Part shown: piece after piece, positions 56,147 to 59,553 of the stretch | Layout: every line of letters begins with the position of its first letter | Position numbering within the stretch: the stretch's first letter is position 1 | Origin: a virus | Taxonomy: Duplodnaviria; Caudoviricetes | Reading direction: 5' to 3' (one strand) | DNA: 59,553 bases | IMG/VR virus record: IMGVR_UViG_3300016484_001067 | Span: 1-59,553 of that record | Notes under the pieces: model-generated | What the model was told of the DNA's origin: nothing | The model's input: the letters and a program-made list of their open reading frames with translations, nothing else | Database searches by the model: none | Made by a program: the position numbers and the translations under genes

Positions 56147-57349
56147 TTGGACTGCCAGTCCGGATGCACCGTCCCCCGCGAGCACCTCGCGAGCTGCCCC
56201 GACCCCGCGGCGTGCCGCGGCTGCCTCCCGCGTGAGGCGGCCGACGGCATCGCCGTGTGCCAGCGCTGCCAGGGCCGCCTCCACGACGCCCTCGTCAGGC
56301 TCCCCGACCTCGTCGAGCACATCCGCTCGCACGTCACCCCAGGCGCGGCCCGCCTGGACGCCGTCCACGTCCGGGGCTCCCGGACACCTCCGGCGCCGCT
56401 GTCCCTGGCGGCCGTCGACGACGCCGACGCCCTTCACGCGATGGTCGCCTCGTGGTGCACCGAGGTCATGGACGGCCGCGACGTCCGCGGCCCCGTCTGG
56501 GCCGGCACGATGCTCCTGCCCGCCGCGAAGCGCACCCGCGTCCCCGGCCGGCACCGCAGTACCTGCCCGGCCCCCGACCGGTGCGCCGGCTGCGCCGTCG
56601 CCTACGTCGACGCCCGCGCGTTCGGCCTCGCGTCCTCCGCCTACGACGCTGACGAGGACGCCGCGGACCGGCCGGCCGCCGTCCTCGTCGGCTGGCTCAC
56701 CCGCCACCTCGACTGGTGCCTCACCCAGGACTGGGCGGCCGACCTCGTCGCCGACGTCACCGACCAGGTCCACACCCTCGCCGCCCGCTGGGCCATGACC
56801 GAGCAGGCCGTCTCCCTCAAGGCACCCTGCCCGGCCTGCGACCGTCTCACCCTCAAGCGGTTCGCCCCGGCCTTCTACCGCGGCCAGGTCTCCATCCGGT
56901 GCGCCGCGAAGGACTGCGGCGAACCCATCCCCGAGGACCGGTACGGCCTCTACACCCGCATCGTCGTCGCCGCCCGCGCCTTCGAGGACCCCGTCGCCGC
57001 GCACCTCTACCGGCTCGAGGTCGCCAAGACCAAGCCCGCCCAGGTCTACGTCGTCCGCCGAGCCCTCCGCGCCCTGGGGGAGTGGCTCGCCGCCGACGAG
57101 ACCGCGCGAGCCACCGGGCAGACCACGCCGCTCCTCGCCGCCCCCACCACCCTCGCCGCCTGGACCGTCGCCCTGCTCGACCCGGACGCCGTCACCGACC
57201 AGCGCCTCGACACCGCACGCCGCCGCCTCGCCGCCGTCCGCGGCTTCTACTCCTGGGCCGTCACCGAGCGCCTCCTCGACGACGACCCGACCGTCGGCCT
57301 CGAGGTCGTCGACCCGCGCGACTTCGCGCCGCTCGGCGGTGCCGCGTGA
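56147..57349 (+). CDS. Cys-rich Zn-binding protein fused to a tyrosine-recombinase core-binding (SAM-like) domain
   Basis: Several CxxC motifs; C-terminal TARRRLAAVRGFYSWAVTERLLDDDPTVGL; TTG start after AAGGAAG. Confidence 0.7.
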   Translation: MDCQSGCTVPREHLASCPDPAACRGCLPREAADGIAVCQRCQGRLHDALVRLPDLVEHIRSHVTPGAARLDAVHVRGSRTPPAPLSLAAVDDADALHAMVASWCTEVMDGRDVRGPVWAGTMLLPAAKRTRVPGRHRSTCPAPDRCAGCAVAYVDARAFGLASSAYDADEDAADRPAAVLVGWLTRHLDWCLTQDWAADLVADVTDQVHTLAARWAMTEQAVSLKAPCPACDRLTLKRFAPAFYRGQVSIRCAAKDCGEPIPEDRYGLYTRIVVAARAFEDPVAAHLYRLEVAKTKPAQVYVVRRALRALGEWLAADETARATGQTTPLLAAPTTLAAWTVALLDPDAVTDQRLDTARRRLAAVRGFYSWAVTERLLDDDPTVGLEVVDPRDFAPLGGAA

Positions 57350-57555
57350 TCGCCCTGACCATCCCGCAGGCCGCCGCCCGCGTCGGCCGCCGGGTCGACA
57401 CCATCCGCCAGTGGATCGCCGACGGCGACCTCCTCGCCGTCCGCAACCCCATCGACCGGCAGCGGTACGTCCGCGAGGACCAGCTGCTCGACGTCGAACG
57501 CGCCCGCCGCGCCCGAGCCCGCGCCAACCGCACCCTCGCCCAGGAGGCATCGTGA
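57346..57555 (+). CDS. HTH DNA-binding protein
   Basis: LTIPQAAARVGRRVDTIRQWIADGDL. Confidence 0.8.
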   Translation: MIALTIPQAAARVGRRVDTIRQWIADGDLLAVRNPIDRQRYVREDQLLDVERARRARARANRTLAQEAS

Positions 57556-57872
57556 CCGACGTACCCGACCAGTCCGCCGAGTACCAGCCCGTCATGCCAT
57601 TCGTCGCATGCATCACCAACGGTGGCTCCTACGACGACGCAGCCTTCGTCGCCGGCTACGAGTGTGGCCACCTCGATGCCGTCCTAGGTGCCACGAAGGG
57701 CGTTGCCGTCGTCCTTCACCGCTGGGTCACCCCGGCGCTCATCCCGCAGCTCGACCTCATCGCCATGAAGCACGAGCAGCGGCTGGTCGTCGGCGAGGAA
57801 AGCGAGGACGGCGAGTGGCGGCGCGTGCGCATCGGGCACCCGCTGCTCTTAGACGACCAGGAGGCGTCGTGA
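57552..57872 (+). CDS. Hypothetical protein
   Basis: AGGAGG RBS; VMPFV..NGGSYDDAAFVAGYECG. Confidence 0.7.
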   Translation: MTDVPDQSAEYQPVMPFVACITNGGSYDDAAFVAGYECGHLDAVLGATKGVAVVLHRWVTPALIPQLDLIAMKHEQRLVVGEESEDGEWRRVRIGHPLLLDDQEAS

Positions 57873-58168
57873 GCGAGTTTCCCGGCACCCTGCCGGTGCA
57901 GGCCGAGCAGAAACCCGCCGGAAACCACGTGACGCTCGATAGCGTCCGCGCGGCCTACGCGACCCTCGCCGCCCAGCCGCGGCCACCGAAGTGCATCGCC
58001 GTCGCCCCGGACGTCATGGACCGGCTGCGCTCGACCGCGTGGCCTGACCCGCCGGCCGGCGTGCTGAACCCGCTGCTCGGCATCCCGCTCGTCGTCGACG
58101 AGGAACTGCCGCCAGGCACAGTCGAGCCGCGCGACGAGTTCCCTCCATCGCAGGCGGTGAACGGCTGA
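57869..58168 (+). CDS. Hypothetical protein
   Basis: AGGAGG RBS; GTGA coupling. Confidence 0.65.
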   Translation: MSEFPGTLPVQAEQKPAGNHVTLDSVRAAYATLAAQPRPPKCIAVAPDVMDRLRSTAWPDPPAGVLNPLLGIPLVVDEELPPGTVEPRDEFPPSQAVNG

Positions 58169-58650
58169 TGGCCGAAGTTGAGCGGGATCCCGCGTGCGTC
58201 GAACGGTGGCCGGGCGCCGCATCGGGCGAGTTCGACCCGCGCTGCTGCCGCTTCCCGAAGTCGTGCAGCGCCGACCTGCCCGAAGTCGACCCGGAGGTGG
58301 AGCGCCTCGCCCGGGTGTGTGCGGACGCTGACGCCGGATCCCCGCAGCCCCACCCGATCGACAACGACCGGAGGATCGTTGCGGCGGTCCTCGGGGATCT
58401 CCGGGAGCGGTACATCCTCGTCCCCCGCGACGGGACGGAGGTTTACCAGCAGTGGGCGAACAGCCGCCGCGCCGATGGCCCAGGACCCGACGCGCGCCCC
58501 GCCGTGGACGAGGAGCACGCCGACTCGCTGCGCAGCCAGTGGAACCACCTGCACGCCACCGTCGCGGCATCCAAGGGCGAGGAGCCGCGGCCGCCGCTGC
58601 GGAAGTACGTCCGGCTGACCGTCCACACCCGCTGGGAGCCTTCGCCGTGA
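58168..58650 (+). CDS. Hypothetical protein
   Basis: TGATG coupling; N-terminal CVERWP..DPRCCRFPKSC. Confidence 0.65.
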   Translation: MAEVERDPACVERWPGAASGEFDPRCCRFPKSCSADLPEVDPEVERLARVCADADAGSPQPHPIDNDRRIVAAVLGDLRERYILVPRDGTEVYQQWANSRRADGPGPDARPAVDEEHADSLRSQWNHLHATVAASKGEEPRPPLRKYVRLTVHTRWEPSP

Positions 58651-58976
58651 CCCGGGCTGGCTTCGGCCGCGTCATCCTGTGTGGCAACCTCAGCGGCCGA
58701 GAGTGCACCTGCGGGGCGCCTACCGACACACCGTCCGGGATGCATCACACCTACTGCCCGATCAACGTGGCGTCTCTGCGCTGCCCGGCTTGCGGGACGC
58801 CGATCGTCATCGCGGCTCGGACGATGATCCCCGCGCACGGCTTCGACGGGGGGCCGTGCAGCGCGTCGGGGCGAGACCACAGCGAGGTAACGTTCGAGGG
58901 ACGGGAGCGCAGTGCTCCTGCCCGTGGTCTTCGTGCCGAAGATGACACGCCCGAGTTCGGCACTCCTCCGCACTGA
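58647..58976 (+). CDS. Cys/His-rich hypothetical protein
   Basis: GTGA coupling; CTCG..HHTYCP, CPACG..H..C. Confidence 0.55.
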   Translation: MTRAGFGRVILCGNLSGRECTCGAPTDTPSGMHHTYCPINVASLRCPACGTPIVIAARTMIPAHGFDGGPCSASGRDHSEVTFEGRERSAPARGLRAEDDTPEFGTPPH

Positions 58977-59045
58977 CCTGCGGAAACCTGTTACCGTCTC
59001 AACATCGACGTAGTGCGCCCATCCCCCCGAGCGGCGCGCTCGTCA

Positions 59046-59078
59046 GGAAGCCCCGGTCACCCCCGTGCCGGGGCTTCC
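59046..59078 (+). promoter_or_regulatory. Hairpin in the leader of the putative late transcript (terminator/attenuator)
   Basis: GGAAGCCCCGG-11 nt-CCGGGGCTTCC; TACCGT -10-like box at 58992-58997. Confidence 0.5.
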
Positions 59079-59097
59079 GCACGCCGGGAGGTGCACG

Positions 59098-59472
59098 ATG
59101 CCGCGGAACCGCTGGCGAGCCTGCCCGACGCCCGGCTGCCCGCAGATGGTCCACGGCCCCGGCCGCTGCGCCACCTGCGCCCGCGAGGCCGAGCAGCGAC
59201 GAGGCAGCGCCTACCGCCGCGGCTACGACAAGGCGCACAACGACACCCGGGCCAAGCTCATCGCCGAGCTGGCCCGCGACATCGCGCGCGGCCGGCCCGC
59301 CTGGACCTGCGCCCGCTGCGAGCAGCCCATGACCCCCGAGCAGGAGCTGCAAGCGGGTCACACCCGGGACCGATACTTCGACCCGACGGCCCGAGCCGAC
59401 CGGCTCGAGCACGCCCACTGCAACACCTCGGCCGGTGGCCGCCTCGGCGCCGCCATCACCAACGCACGGTGA
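59098..59472 (+). CDS. HNH endonuclease (packaging-associated)
   Basis: CPTPGC..RCATC, RRGYD, CARC..AGH..EHAHCN; last gene before the terminase on a circular map; GGAGG RBS. Confidence 0.8.
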   Translation: MPRNRWRACPTPGCPQMVHGPGRCATCAREAEQRRGSAYRRGYDKAHNDTRAKLIAELARDIARGRPAWTCARCEQPMTPEQELQAGHTRDRYFDPTARADRLEHAHCNTSAGGRLGAAITNAR

Positions 59473-59553
59473 CTGTGACGCGCCGCTGACACGCGGTGCG
59501 AATCGGACATAGAGGGTGGGGGAGGGCCCCCTCGCCGTGCGGGGCGAAAGACA

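Larger units (their letters stand above)
1..59553. mobile_element. Temperate actinobacteriophage (siphovirus-like), apparently complete and unintegrated
   Basis: Canonical module order terminase-portal-capsid-tail-lysis-integrase-repressor-replication-HNH; attP intact in the middle; no intact host genes at either end. Confidence 0.95.

Noticed and set aside
42130-57349. Shared GGAA/GGAR-like C-terminal tails on many early proteins
   Set aside because: Explained by the next gene's overlapping GGAGG/GGCGG ribosome-binding site, not a protein signal
1-59553. tRNA/tmRNA genes, DNA methyltransferase, ParA, toxin-antitoxin or restriction systems
   Set aside because: None recognisable by eye; tRNAscan or profile searches would be needed to exclude them

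Overview
The window looks like a complete, unintegrated genome of a very GC-rich temperate actinobacterial siphovirus. It runs from just upstream of the terminase genes to an HNH gene at the right end. Order: packaging and head (TerS, TerL, portal, MuF-like, scaffold, Prp-like protease, major capsid); neck and tail genes, interrupted by a fibre/depolymerase/acyltransferase/tyrosine-recombinase cassette; TAC with a -1 frameshift; tape measure and minor tail genes; lysis (CHAP endolysin, holin). Next come a leftward accessory operon (WhiB, Zn-repeat protein, TraB/FtsK-like translocase, Spd-like membrane protein, hydrolase, MazG), attP plus a serine integrase, a repressor/Cro switch, and a long rightward early/replication arm (VRR-NUC, initiator with iterons, DnaB, ParB, DUF5131, DnaQ, HNH). 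The most striking observation is a phage-encoded Prp (L27-processing-like) cysteine protease between scaffold and capsid, together with a shared N-terminal PF-x(3-4)-L-x-[ST]-H-D motif on portal, scaffold and capsid, which suggests a dedicated signal-directed head-maturation system. Other highlights: attP carries a replacement 3' end of a host MBL-fold hydrolase gene, there is an AICE-like transfer module, and several non-coding motifs recur. All calls come from motif recognition and synteny by eye; no database searches were run.
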